The notes under the pieces were generated by a model. The model ran no database searches, was not told where the DNA came from, and was given only the letters and a program-made list of their open reading frames with translations. Made by a program: the position numbers and the translations under genes. This document shows, piece after piece, positions 17,134 through 26,854 of a stretch of DNA of 64,000 bases; position 1 is the stretch's first letter; each line of letters opens with the position of its first letter. The DNA is from Porphyromonadaceae bacterium UBA7042. GTDB lineage: Bacteria; Bacteroidota; Bacteroidia; Bacteroidales; Muribaculaceae. Location: NCBI GenBank assembly GCA_002494015.1, contig DLAR01000031.1, positions 55 to 64,054 on the forward strand, read 5' to 3'.

Positions 17134-20100
17134 TTAATGTTTAGAAAATACTGTGCGGATAAAGCAGGCATGACTATCTTCTCCTCCATTGGCATCGGCC
17201 GCATCGGTATTATATCCTTCAAAAGACATCGTATAGAAATTCATGTCAAGGGCACACGACTTGGATGCATCTGGATAACCTTGGTCTTTGCCGTCAATCA
17301 TATAATTGGACATGGGTTTTTGCCGGTCTCTCAGCCAATAAACGCAACCTGGGCGTTCATAGAGGTCGTAGAACAGCGGCATGCGGGGTAAATATTGGTT
17401 ATCGGGGTATATGTCATCTCGGCCGGCGTATCTCATTATGCCCCAACGGGTGATTCCGGTTATATTCCCGTCCTTATCTTTACTTGCACCTCCTTTGCGG
17501 TGTCCGTGCCATTGAGATCCTAACGGGAAAAATATTTGGGCGCAGGTGTTTTGATTATACACAATAACACCCATCATTCCCCAGCTGTTGTCGCTGCCGT
17601 TAAATCCGGTAGCTTCGATAACATTCTCTTTGGTTTCGGTTGCACCGTCGGCATAAACGATTCCGTATGATTTGGCGATGGGGAAGTTCTGGTCATTTGC
17701 ATTTCGCGATATCAAGTGCCCGTCATAAAGGTCGGCACCGGAGGCAATATGCTCGTCATTGCCATTAGTTATGTCCCAGCGATTGAAATTTCCTTTTTTC
17801 TTGGCAATAATTTCTTCCCAAGTCATTTCCGTTGTATTGCTGTCCGGGTCGTGAACGACGTATTTGTCGGTAGATTTTACCTCGTGAAAACGTGGATAAA
17901 TATCATTGTTTGATTGCAGAATTGCAACAGGACTGGTGCGCCGGAAAAGTGACCCTTCGGCAATCGGCGATGTTGTGGGGATGGCTTTATAACCGTCTCC
18001 GTCTTTTTCAAAATGATCGACATTGTAAGATGACCATTTTTGGTCGCCAAGTCCGGCAATATCAATCGGGTCATACCCCTCTCTCACGAAAATGTCATGT
18101 TCACAGGAGTAATTGTGGTATCTGATTTTTACAATTGCGCAGCCTGAAGTGCCATTGAAATTTATATAAAAATCAATTGGATGTTCGCTTTCGCCTTCGA
18201 TGCGTGTAGTCTCTTTCTGTTCCATATTTCCTTCACCGCTGCCTTCGACGGTTGAAGACAGTGTGATGATATGGTCGCTGCCCATCACGACTTCGGCACT
18301 CCATTTCCCGATAGATGTAAAGGGTTCAAATTTAGGGGCTTCGGGTTTGGACAAATGCATTAATCTTACATGAAAGTTGTCGCTGCTGCCGGCACTGCGC
18401 CATACCCCTTTCGGGTTCAGTATGCGTCGGACCTGTATTATGTCGACATCTACAGGGTCGATGCTCTCATAACGCTCTCCTGTTGTCTTGTGAACAACGG
18501 AAAAACGTATTTTACCGTGTCGGGGATAGGAATAAAATGGATTATTGCCCGAGAATGCCGAGCGTGTCACAAGTTCCTTGGGGCGCGTATAGATAGGAAT
18601 CGTAAAAATTCGTTCCATCGCGTCTCCCGCAGAATTTCGTTTGGTCACAGCGACATTATATACTCCGTTGTAGGCTGTATTGGTGTCATGTTGGCCTTCC
18701 GATACATCATAGTCACGCGAGCCGAGGTCATGGTCGTTATAGTATTGCCTGTTATAACTCGGTGGATCCATGTGTATCCAGTCCGTTAGATTGGATGGTT
18801 TGTTTTCGGTACCGGGCACCTCGATTTTCACAACGTTGTCTTGTCTCAATGAGAGAAAACTATTCCACGGACCGGGATCGGATTCGTTTTTTTGATAAAA
18901 ACGAAACTGCTCATGACCATATTCATCAATCACCTTGTCAATTGTGGGGAAATCGACAGACCCATCGCTGTAAGGTTTCCAGCTACATTCGACTATCTCA
19001 GCATGGAGAACATAATCGTCAGGTATCTTTCCCACCATTTTGACTGTGGCATTCATGCGCTTGTTGTAAAGGTAGGATATATAAAGGGGATTTGTGACAT
19101 GCAATCCCGGGGTGGTCTGGTAGTCGATGTGCCAGTCGTAGTCGTTGCCGTAACCCTTGAGTTTCAGGGTCAGTTTGTAATGGGTGTTTCGCTCGGCATT
19201 GTAGTCGGTGTCCCCCTTGCCGAGCATGTAGCGGTACTTTATGGGTCCTGACCCCATTGACCCGTCGGCTGAGACGCAGCGATAGAACCCGACGACCTCG
19301 ATGTAGGTGCCGAATGGCTTGTTGTCTTTCCATCCTGACTCGATGTCGTTTTCTACAGGATGGTCAAAGTCGATGTGGGTTCCGTCCTGAGACTGTTTTT
19401 TGGATTTTCCGGTTCCCTGCATGTTCTCGTAGAAGAACAGTGACTCTGACTTGTGTTCATGCTTTTCGTCATTTACGCTTTCAGGAGTCTTTTCATCCCC
19501 TTTGCCGAGATAGGGGTGTGAAGAGTTGCACACATGCAGGAATGTCGCCGGGGTTATATAGTTTGCGCTTTCGGGTATTTCCTGAACGGTGATGGTTTTC
19601 CCGGTCTCGTGCAGAACGCTGTAGCGGTCTTTGGGCGCAAGTTCGCTTCCTCCCGGATGATTCTCGTTGCCGAGGGTGCAGCTTTGCGGGATGTCATGGA
19701 TGGTGATTGTCTCGATGTAGACCTGCACGTTGTCATACAGCTCGCTTCCGTCAAAGGCAACGGTGACTTTTGACGCGAGGCGGCGCACCCAGCTGTGAAT
19801 CATCACGCTCTTGGCGTTGATGCGCAGAGGGGTCGCGTCGGTGGCTTTGCGGTTGGGGGTGTTGAGGGAGAAGACGCCAAACATCTGGCTGTTGTTCCCG
19901 GTATCTGTCAGGTCCCAGTCAAACGAAATGGCTTTCAGCTTTTCGCGGGTCGAATATTTTTCTTTATCGAGGGCGGGGACGTTGACATTGGCAACGGCAT
20001 AGATATAATATTCCCCGCGCGGGAGTTCCATGTCAAACTGTGCGCGTCCCTGCAGCGCGTCGCCGAGTCCGTTTTCGCCTTTTTCGTTGTCTTCGCGATT

Positions 20101-20430
20101 GTCCCCGTTGTCGACATTGACATTTTTTAGTTCAGAATCGTGGGTGCCGTTTTCATCCGTAACCGTGTAATAACGGTCTTTGTAAAGGTTGCCGTCTTTG
20201 TCATAGATGAACATGTAGAGCGACTTGATGTCCTGAATCATGTCTCCGGGATCACCGGCCCGGCTGTCGATGCCCACCTCGTCGCCTCGGTCCCATGACA
20301 GTTTTACCGACACACTGGCCACGCCTTCCTCGATGTCGCCGAAATCGCCGAGAGCATCGTCGCGGCAACCTGCAAGCATGACAGTGATTGCGAGTAGGAA
20401 TGATATATGGATAAAGCGGATGTACTTCAT
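17134..20430 (-). CDS. Large fimbrillin-domain lipoprotein (putative type V pilus tip/accessory protein, Mfa5 position)
   Basis: ATG at 20430 gives MKYIRFIHISFLLAITVMLAGC (lipobox). The N-terminal ~330 aa carries the fimbrillin signature (..SQMFGVFSL..., ..WVRRLASKVTVAF.., YYIYAVANV). A ~770-aa extension follows. It is the last gene of the pilus operon. Confidence 0.6.
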   Translation of the reverse strand: MKYIRFIHISFLLAITVMLAGCRDDALGDFGDIEEGVASVSVKLSWDRGDEVGIDSRAGDPGDMIQDIKSLYMFIYDKDGNLYKDRYYTVTDENGTHDSELKNVNVDNGDNREDNEKGENGLGDALQGRAQFDMELPRGEYYIYAVANVNVPALDKEKYSTREKLKAISFDWDLTDTGNNSQMFGVFSLNTPNRKATDATPLRINAKSVMIHSWVRRLASKVTVAFDGSELYDNVQVYIETITIHDIPQSCTLGNENHPGGSELAPKDRYSVLHETGKTITVQEIPESANYITPATFLHVCNSSHPYLGKGDEKTPESVNDEKHEHKSESLFFYENMQGTGKSKKQSQDGTHIDFDHPVENDIESGWKDNKPFGTYIEVVGFYRCVSADGSMGSGPIKYRYMLGKGDTDYNAERNTHYKLTLKLKGYGNDYDWHIDYQTTPGLHVTNPLYISYLYNKRMNATVKMVGKIPDDYVLHAEIVECSWKPYSDGSVDFPTIDKVIDEYGHEQFRFYQKNESDPGPWNSFLSLRQDNVVKIEVPGTENKPSNLTDWIHMDPPSYNRQYYNDHDLGSRDYDVSEGQHDTNTAYNGVYNVAVTKRNSAGDAMERIFTIPIYTRPKELVTRSAFSGNNPFYSYPRHGKIRFSVVHKTTGERYESIDPVDVDIIQVRRILNPKGVWRSAGSSDNFHVRLMHLSKPEAPKFEPFTSIGKWSAEVVMGSDHIITLSSTVEGSGEGNMEQKETTRIEGESEHPIDFYINFNGTSGCAIVKIRYHNYSCEHDIFVREGYDPIDIAGLGDQKWSSYNVDHFEKDGDGYKAIPTTSPIAEGSLFRRTSPVAILQSNNDIYPRFHEVKSTDKYVVHDPDSNTTEMTWEEIIAKKKGNFNRWDITNGNDEHIASGADLYDGHLISRNANDQNFPIAKSYGIVYADGATETKENVIEATGFNGSDNSWGMMGVIVYNQNTCAQIFFPLGSQWHGHRKGGASKDKDGNITGITRWGIMRYAGRDDIYPDNQYLPRMPLFYDLYERPGCVYWLRDRQKPMSNYMIDGKDQGYPDASKSCALDMNFYTMSFEGYNTDAADANGGEDSHACFIRTVFSKH

Positions 20431-20479
20431 AATGAATGTGATTGTTATAATGTCATCAATACCGGCCTTAGAGCGGTCT

Positions 20480-22036
20480 TTATGGATTATTGAATGTAAA
20501 CGGCGAGGGAATCTCCTCCTTGCTGCTGTTATAATATTTGGCGGTCGAGCTGTCATAGAAACAGATAAACACATCTTCCCCGTCAGTCCCTTTCGCGGTA
20601 AATGTCAGCCAGCCTTTTTCGTTCACATCGGGGGTTGTCGGGTCATCTTCCTCTACGACTTTGGAGAATGGGTTGTGGATTTCCACACGGGTATTAACCT
20701 CCCCGACTCTTGTTACCCAGTATTTGCCCTCCTTCATGTCATAGAGGCAGATAGAGCGGCCATTGATGTCTTTTATAATGACAAAGCCGGTTACCGGGTC
20801 GACATTGAGGATGTCATAGGGGTTGTTGATTACGGTAGTCTTGTCGGTGCCGTAATATTTTCCTGTCTCGCGGTCATAGTAAAACTGTATCTGTCCGTTT
20901 TCGTCGGTGACGGGTACAAGGTTGGCCCCAATCTGGAGACCGAAATCGGGTTCGAGCTCGACTTCGCCGTAGGGAACCACCTGCACTTTCACGCGGTCGA
21001 GGTTTTTGTATATCTCGATGCGGTACCAGCAGTTGCGCAACAGGTCATAGGGGTCGGTCGTGCCGTCTTTCACGAGCTGTATTGTCACCCAGTCCGGCTC
21101 ATAGTCGGGGTCATACTCATTGCCGCCGACCTTGACACGGATGCCGGTCGGGGTCGCGTCGGCACCGGTGTTGCAGTATTCCGGCACATAGGCTATGAAC
21201 GATGACCCTTCAGCAGCTTCGATAAATTTCAGGTTGTCGCCAATCGTGGCTGTGGACGGGACGCGTGCTGTCGAGATGTAGTCAAGGTCATAGTCGTTGT
21301 GGATATAATCGTCTTGCCGGTAGGCTTTAGGGGCGAGGTATCCCTTGGTGTTATATCGCGTAATCTCCACATCTTCAAGTTTCCAGCCGGCCTTGACGGT
21401 CTCGCTTGACAGATACACCTCGACCTTGGCGTAGGCGCGGAGGAGATGAAGGGTGCCAAGGTCACAGAAATTGTTGGAATCAAATGTAAGCGACGCATAT
21501 TCCCTGATTCCGTAGAGGGGGATGGTGTTGTCGGCCGACAATTTCATCATGGCGGGGGTGAAATCATAGGTCTGTTCACACACATCGTCGACGGTTGTTT
21601 CTCCCGCGACAAGGCCAGTGGGATAGTTTCCCGCGCCCCAGTTGGCGAGTGCGACCACCTTGAGCGGCCGGTCGGGGAGATTGCTGCGGCACGAGCCGAG
21701 GACGCTGTAGGTCTTGGAGATGGTTGTCGATTCGAGCGGGATGACTGACTCCACGTCGATAGAGGCGACATACTTGTTCTTGTCGTCAAAGAAAAGGAAC
21801 ATGAAATCTTTTCCCGGAACATCGATATAGTTTTCGTAACCGCTTCCTTTGTCATACCCTCCTTCAGGTGTCTCGGGAGCACGCGAGCCCTTGTCGCCGA
21901 GGGTGAGGATGAACCCGACACGCAACGGCTCGTCACCCGAGGTGCGCAACGGCTCGTCACCTCCCGAGCAGGAGGCGGCAGCGAGCGCGGCGAGCGCGGC
22001 GAGCGCGGTCAGCAGGTATTTTATTGCTGTGTTCAT
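20480..22036 (-). CDS. Fimbrillin-family lipoprotein (pilus accessory subunit)
   Basis: Lipobox ...AAASC. It has the FimA/Mfa-type signature NTIPLYGIREYASL...LHLLRAYAKVEVYL and sits after the mfa2-like gene. Confidence 0.65.
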   Translation of the reverse strand: MNTAIKYLLTALAALAALAAASCSGGDEPLRTSGDEPLRVGFILTLGDKGSRAPETPEGGYDKGSGYENYIDVPGKDFMFLFFDDKNKYVASIDVESVIPLESTTISKTYSVLGSCRSNLPDRPLKVVALANWGAGNYPTGLVAGETTVDDVCEQTYDFTPAMMKLSADNTIPLYGIREYASLTFDSNNFCDLGTLHLLRAYAKVEVYLSSETVKAGWKLEDVEITRYNTKGYLAPKAYRQDDYIHNDYDLDYISTARVPSTATIGDNLKFIEAAEGSSFIAYVPEYCNTGADATPTGIRVKVGGNEYDPDYEPDWVTIQLVKDGTTDPYDLLRNCWYRIEIYKNLDRVKVQVVPYGEVELEPDFGLQIGANLVPVTDENGQIQFYYDRETGKYYGTDKTTVINNPYDILNVDPVTGFVIIKDINGRSICLYDMKEGKYWVTRVGEVNTRVEIHNPFSKVVEEDDPTTPDVNEKGWLTFTAKGTDGEDVFICFYDSSTAKYYNSSKEEIPSPFTFNNP

Positions 22037-22054
22037 GACGGATAGGCGGATTTA

Positions 22055-23110
22055 TCAGATTTCAGAATTTTGAAGTACGATTTTCCACGCGCCGATACAG
22101 ATGTAGCTGCTGATCCATTCGTCGCGCTCGTCGAGGAAGAAAGTCATCGGGTAGGTGTCCTGACGGTCGAGGTATTCCTGATTGGGGATAGAGAGGTTGT
22201 CATAGCTTTTCGACATGATGCAGTAGTCGATGATGGGGATAGTGACAATGGTCTTGTTGTCGGTTGTCCTGTTGATTCGCAACACCGGGTTGCGGTGGGT
22301 CATCAGTCGGCTCACCGATATTTCGGCCACTACCGCGCTGCACTTCTGGTAATTATCGGTGTTTTCGGCACGGGAAACAGTGCTGCCCGACGGCAGGATG
22401 ATGCCGGCCATAGCCTCGTCAGTGTGCCATGCGTGATAGGTGACAGGCTCGTAGTCAATAAGCGAATTGTCCCAGTCAAGAAACGCGTTGTCGTCAGTAA
22501 TCGAGAAAGTGAAATCATCTTTGTCCACATGATTTCCCGACAGATGCTGCAAGATGACGCGGATTGTGTTGGTGTCCTTGACGAGGGGGACGGTGAACAC
22601 ATGCACTCCCTGCTCGTCGGTGAACTCGGCTGTGTCGAGCTTGCCGTAGTAGAGGCGGTCGAGGTGGTCATAGCTGTGGGCCGACCCGTCGGGGAGACGC
22701 TTGTGGTTGAGCTTGCACTGCAGATTGTCGCGCCAGTCGTTTTCGCTTACGGAAAATGACGTGCGGTGTCCGTCACCGGCCCATGCGATAAGGGTGTAGT
22801 TGCCCGGGGCGACATCGACATCCATCAGGTATCCCTGTGTGTTGAGGGCTTCGCCTGATTCCCGTTTCTGCCACACGACTTTGCCGGTCTTGTTGTCGAT
22901 GACATAGAGTGTCACGTCGTTTACCTCGACATGGAAGGCATCGGCAAACTTCATGTTCATGTCATAGACAAACCTGACCTTGTAGTAAGGGTCGCAGTCA
23001 CCCTCGTCGCGGAAAATCATGCCGTGACACGATGTCATGGCGACAGCGAGCATCAACGCGGTCGCGATGCGGGTCTTAACGGTGTTGAATATATTGGCAA
23101 TCTGTTTCAT
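22055..23110 (-). CDS. FimB/Mfa2-family fimbrial anchor/terminator subunit
   Basis: Lipobox AMTSC followed by ..FRDEGDCDPYYKVRFVYDMNM.., the characteristic Mfa2 N-terminus. ATG at 23110; the 23143 start in the ORF track is GTG. Confidence 0.75.
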   Translation of the reverse strand: MKQIANIFNTVKTRIATALMLAVAMTSCHGMIFRDEGDCDPYYKVRFVYDMNMKFADAFHVEVNDVTLYVIDNKTGKVVWQKRESGEALNTQGYLMDVDVAPGNYTLIAWAGDGHRTSFSVSENDWRDNLQCKLNHKRLPDGSAHSYDHLDRLYYGKLDTAEFTDEQGVHVFTVPLVKDTNTIRVILQHLSGNHVDKDDFTFSITDDNAFLDWDNSLIDYEPVTYHAWHTDEAMAGIILPSGSTVSRAENTDNYQKCSAVVAEISVSRLMTHRNPVLRINRTTDNKTIVTIPIIDYCIMSKSYDNLSIPNQEYLDRQDTYPMTFFLDERDEWISSYICIGAWKIVLQNSEI

Positions 23111-23375
23111 CTGTGGTAGTATGTTGAGGCGGGTGCCGGGCACCCGCGCGGAAATTTCAGGTTAAGAAAGAGGAGGGGGAGTGGTTCCGAGTCGAGAGGG
23201 AGGGGCTGAGGGAGGTGAATGGTGGAAAGTGAAGGGTGAATGGTGAAGGGTGCTTGGTTTTACTCAGGCAAAGCCTGATTTCCACTTTTCACCCTTCACT
23301 GTTCACTCTATTCACTTTTACTTGAGATTGAGAAAGATGGATGATTTATTCTCCATCTTTCACCTATCACTGTTA

Positions 23376-25322
23376 TTAGATGCCGGCGCTCTGGTTGACA
23401 ATCTTCCAAGAGAGGATGTTGATTCGTGCGCCAAGATAATAGGTGGGATCTTCGGGTTCGTCGGGGATAATGGGCTCGCCGGGATTTTCCTGTGAGCCGT
23501 CGCCGGGAACAAAGATGCCGCGTCCGATGCGGGTGAGCTTGGTGACAGTCACCTTGTACCAGTGGTTGCGCACAACGCCATAGTATCCTTCGCGTTTCTG
23601 GTCGGCGGGGTTGGTCTCGCCTTCTCCGAGGTTGGTCTTGTCGGCGTTGATATGCTCGACGGGGATAGTATAGGCCATCAAGCCGTCGGTGTAGGCTATG
23701 CTCTTGCCCCAAGTTTCGGCATTCTGGGCTGCATCGAGGACAGTCTTGAGAGCGGTGGCGGGATCGGCGATGGGATAGAATCTGCCGTCGGCTTTCTGCT
23801 CATAAAGCTTGGTGCCTTCAGGGAGATTGGGAACGACTTTTACAGTTCCGGTGCCGAGACCTGCCGATTCAAGTATGACGTAGTTTTCATCAATCTGTGT
23901 GAATTTATCCTCTGTGGTGGGGGTATAACCTTCAACAGGGATGTCTACGGTACCTACATAGGTGTAGAAGTTCAGCTTTTTAGCCTGATCGATGGTGTTG
24001 AGCAGGTAGGCGCGATAGTTGGGCTGTTTGAACAGGATACCGTTGTGCATGACAAGGTTGAGGGGCGTGAAATTGTCATCGTTGTCTTTCTCATATGCGA
24101 CAGCTTTGAGAGCTACGCTCGTCGTCTTGGCGGGGATGACGCGGTTAACCGGGGTCGATACTCCGTCGACCAGCTCGTTCACTTCTTTGAAGATTTTGTC
24201 GGGCGTGTTGGTGTACTCGTTGCAGTAGGCGGCGTTGGCAGGGGTAATCTCGCTTGCGAGAACCACCTTGCCGGTAAGAGTGGGTGCTGAGACAAAGTTG
24301 ATGTAGGGGTTGTCGACTACGGCCTCGATTTCTTTGTCGTATGCCACACCCTGACCCCAGTAGCTGCGGAAGTTGGAGGCATCGTTCCAGTTGTCAAACG
24401 GATTCCACTGAGTCGCAGTTTCCGAAGTGACCGCGGGGAGCTGTTTGGCAAGATAGGTCTGCTTGGCTGTTGAGTTAAGACCCCATCCGATGAATTTAAC
24501 CCATATTTCGGTAGCAGCGGTAATGTCGCTGACCGGGCCGTTCTCGTTTCCGCCCACGGTCAGGGGGAGCTTGTAGTATGTTTCACCGTTTATGACTTTC
24601 TTGTCGTCGGAGCCGCCGAGCTTGTCGTCAATAACGACCTGAACCTTTACAGCAAGACGTTCCACATAGACGTTGAGAACGTTTTTGCCTTCAAGGTTGT
24701 CGGGCACAGGTTCGCTGTAAAAATACTTGGGGTCAATCACGTTGGCGAAATATGTGCCGTCCTCGTGAGTTTCGCTTTTGCCATAGTAGCTTGTGGTGCA
24801 CATTACAAAATGAGTCTTCTTGCTGTCGCCGGTACCCTCGCTCCATGTTGCGGCGACTTCGAGAGTCTTGGCGGTAGCGTCGAGAGTTGACTTGGGCTGG
24901 AAGCCTGTGGGGGCGTTGAGAACGGTCAACAGATACTTGGGCCCGGTGGTGTTGCCGTTGTTGCGGATAACGAGGGTGCTTTTTCCCAAATGCTCGATGT
25001 TCTGATCTTTGTCGGTGTTTCCATCGGGATTCATTCCTCCTTCAATCCAGCGACTTGCCTCGCACACGAATACCTTGTTGGCATCGAAGAAGAAGAAACG
25101 GGCGCTGACGACATCTGATTCGGTATTGAAATCGCCAAATTCAAACCCTCCGTCTTCGATTGATCGGCTGCCGCTGTTGGCATCGATTATGTTGACGGTC
25201 ATGTAGGCGTCTTTTCCGAGTTCCCAGTCAGTGGGCTCGCTGCTGTTTCCTACTGGTTCGTCGCTACACGCTGTCATTGCCAGCACGGCGAATCCCATAC
25301 AGAACTTGCTTAGATTTTTCAT
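23376..25322 (-). CDS. Mfa1-family major fimbrial subunit
   Basis: Lipobox LAMTAC, then DAYMTVNIID..SGSRS (propeptide/Arg region) and ..VYVERLAVKVQVV.. 648 aa, located upstream of the mfa2-like gene. Confidence 0.7.
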   Translation of the reverse strand: MKNLSKFCMGFAVLAMTACSDEPVGNSSEPTDWELGKDAYMTVNIIDANSGSRSIEDGGFEFGDFNTESDVVSARFFFFDANKVFVCEASRWIEGGMNPDGNTDKDQNIEHLGKSTLVIRNNGNTTGPKYLLTVLNAPTGFQPKSTLDATAKTLEVAATWSEGTGDSKKTHFVMCTTSYYGKSETHEDGTYFANVIDPKYFYSEPVPDNLEGKNVLNVYVERLAVKVQVVIDDKLGGSDDKKVINGETYYKLPLTVGGNENGPVSDITAATEIWVKFIGWGLNSTAKQTYLAKQLPAVTSETATQWNPFDNWNDASNFRSYWGQGVAYDKEIEAVVDNPYINFVSAPTLTGKVVLASEITPANAAYCNEYTNTPDKIFKEVNELVDGVSTPVNRVIPAKTTSVALKAVAYEKDNDDNFTPLNLVMHNGILFKQPNYRAYLLNTIDQAKKLNFYTYVGTVDIPVEGYTPTTEDKFTQIDENYVILESAGLGTGTVKVVPNLPEGTKLYEQKADGRFYPIADPATALKTVLDAAQNAETWGKSIAYTDGLMAYTIPVEHINADKTNLGEGETNPADQKREGYYGVVRNHWYKVTVTKLTRIGRGIFVPGDGSQENPGEPIIPDEPEDPTYYLGARINILSWKIVNQSAGI

Positions 25323-25351
25323 TTTAAGATAAAAATTATTGATTAATTGAG

Positions 25352-26818
25352 TTATTTTTCAGACGGAGTAATCAGATATGTTACTGTCGGGCGCGAGCGC
25401 ATCTCGTTGAGGATGCCGAGTTGCTGCGATGCCTGTTCCAAGCCGCCTTTTGCGGCAAGGTCAAGATAGAACCGTGCGCTGTCATCGTCGCCACGGCGTG
25501 CGGCGAGTACGCCGCGGGTGTAAATGGCCTCGGGGGAGTCTCCTGCACGGTCGAGATAACGGGCGGCGGCATCGAGGTCGTCACGGCGCATCGCGATTGA
25601 GGCAGCGTTGACGTTGGCCTGCGGGTCAAGGGGGTGGATTTCTACAGCCTTGAGCATCACCTCGTCATATTCGGGACTGCCGAGGGTGAAGGTGTCGGCG
25701 ATGCGCGAGAAGTCGACGGGGCGCAGTCGCTCGGGTGTGGAGGCGAATACTCGTTTCAGCTCCTCGATGTCGATATAGGTGCGGATGCGGTATTTGACGG
25801 TGTAGTCAGAGTGTCGCAGGGCAGGGTATACGCTGTCGAGAATCAGCTTGTATTCGCGCGGATAACGACGCTTGATTTCAGCGTCCTTGGGGTCCGGTTC
25901 CATGTCGGAGTCAATAATCGAGAGGATGCCGTCACGGTCGGGAAGGGTGCATTTTTCCACCCACCGGCGCAGTCCTTCCCAGTCTTCCGGCTCATAGTCG
26001 GTCGACATGATTTCGGGGGCGAAATGATAGTGGGAGCGCACATATTCCTTGAGCGAGGCGGTACGCCCCATAGCGAGCCTGACGTTGTTGCTGTAGGGAC
26101 CTTCGGGCGAGGCGTAACCCTTGATAGTCACGCGGGTAATGGTCGCGTCGGGGTCGTTCTTCACACGGTCGATTGACTCGATGATTTTAGCAATCTCGCG
26201 CACGTTGCGGCGGTAGGAGGGCTTGATTTCGGTGCGGTTGACGACGAAGTCTATAAACGCGCTTCCCTCGGCAGTCATCTCGACAGCCTCGTCACCGGTG
26301 AGCGCGACATAGCTGAACGGCGGTGTGAACGGCTCGACGGTGAAGTCAAGCCGGGCGACGGGTGTCGTGGCTTTGGGTTGGGCGGGGTCGCAGCAGTTGG
26401 CCACCTCCTCGCGCACTACGATTTTGCTTTGTGTCATCCACGGCTGCCACTGAATCTCGCGGCTGTAGTCGACCATTACGCCTGACCCCGAGCGGTAGAT
26501 GCCGGCACTGTTGTCGGGGTCGATTTCTCCGTCGCGCTCGTAGGCATAGTAGCGGTTGCGGCCGGCGATTCTGACAGTCGGCAGCTCAAGGCTGTCAGTA
26601 GACCCGACAGCGCGGATGACGGGGGTGAACACCACTTCGCGGTCGTTGCCGGGACGGATGTCGCGCGTGTCGAGACTGAATGTTACTGACAGGGCGTTGT
26701 CAGAGACGCGCCGGATGTTGACCCGCGAGACTTCAAAGAGCGGTCCCTGTGCGGCGTTGACGGCAAGAGCCGACGCGGCGATAGCCAGCGCGGGCAGCAT
26801 ATTTTTGAACATTTTCAT
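25352..26818 (-). CDS. DUF3868-domain protein with OmpA-like and TPR-like C-terminal regions
   Basis: The N-terminus ..FEVSRVNIRRVSDNALSVTFSLDT... is DUF3868-like. The central VTIKGYASPEGPYSNNVRLAMGRTASLKEYV is an OmpA-type motif. ATG at 26818; 26830 is TTG. Confidence 0.65.
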   Translation of the reverse strand: MKMFKNMLPALAIAASALAVNAAQGPLFEVSRVNIRRVSDNALSVTFSLDTRDIRPGNDREVVFTPVIRAVGSTDSLELPTVRIAGRNRYYAYERDGEIDPDNSAGIYRSGSGVMVDYSREIQWQPWMTQSKIVVREEVANCCDPAQPKATTPVARLDFTVEPFTPPFSYVALTGDEAVEMTAEGSAFIDFVVNRTEIKPSYRRNVREIAKIIESIDRVKNDPDATITRVTIKGYASPEGPYSNNVRLAMGRTASLKEYVRSHYHFAPEIMSTDYEPEDWEGLRRWVEKCTLPDRDGILSIIDSDMEPDPKDAEIKRRYPREYKLILDSVYPALRHSDYTVKYRIRTYIDIEELKRVFASTPERLRPVDFSRIADTFTLGSPEYDEVMLKAVEIHPLDPQANVNAASIAMRRDDLDAAARYLDRAGDSPEAIYTRGVLAARRGDDDSARFYLDLAAKGGLEQASQQLGILNEMRSRPTVTYLITPSEK

Positions 26819-26854
26819 AAATGAAGTCAATGAAATGTGGTAAGGTGGGAGAAA

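Noticed and set aside
20431-20574. N-terminal extensions offered by the ORF track (here, and at 23111-23143, 26819-26830, 38612-38683, 41435-41506, 58525-58680, 59567-59698, 48075-48107, 63356-63400)
   Set aside because: The extensions start at GTG/TTG or run over the upstream gene or promoter box. Internal ATGs give canonical signal peptides, lipoboxes or family-typical N-termini, so I used the shorter starts.
20240-21205. 321-aa plus-strand ORF spanning the junction of two pilus genes
   Set aside because: It is antisense to two lipoprotein genes that carry fimbrillin signatures. It has no independent start context or motif, so I treat it as a shadow ORF.
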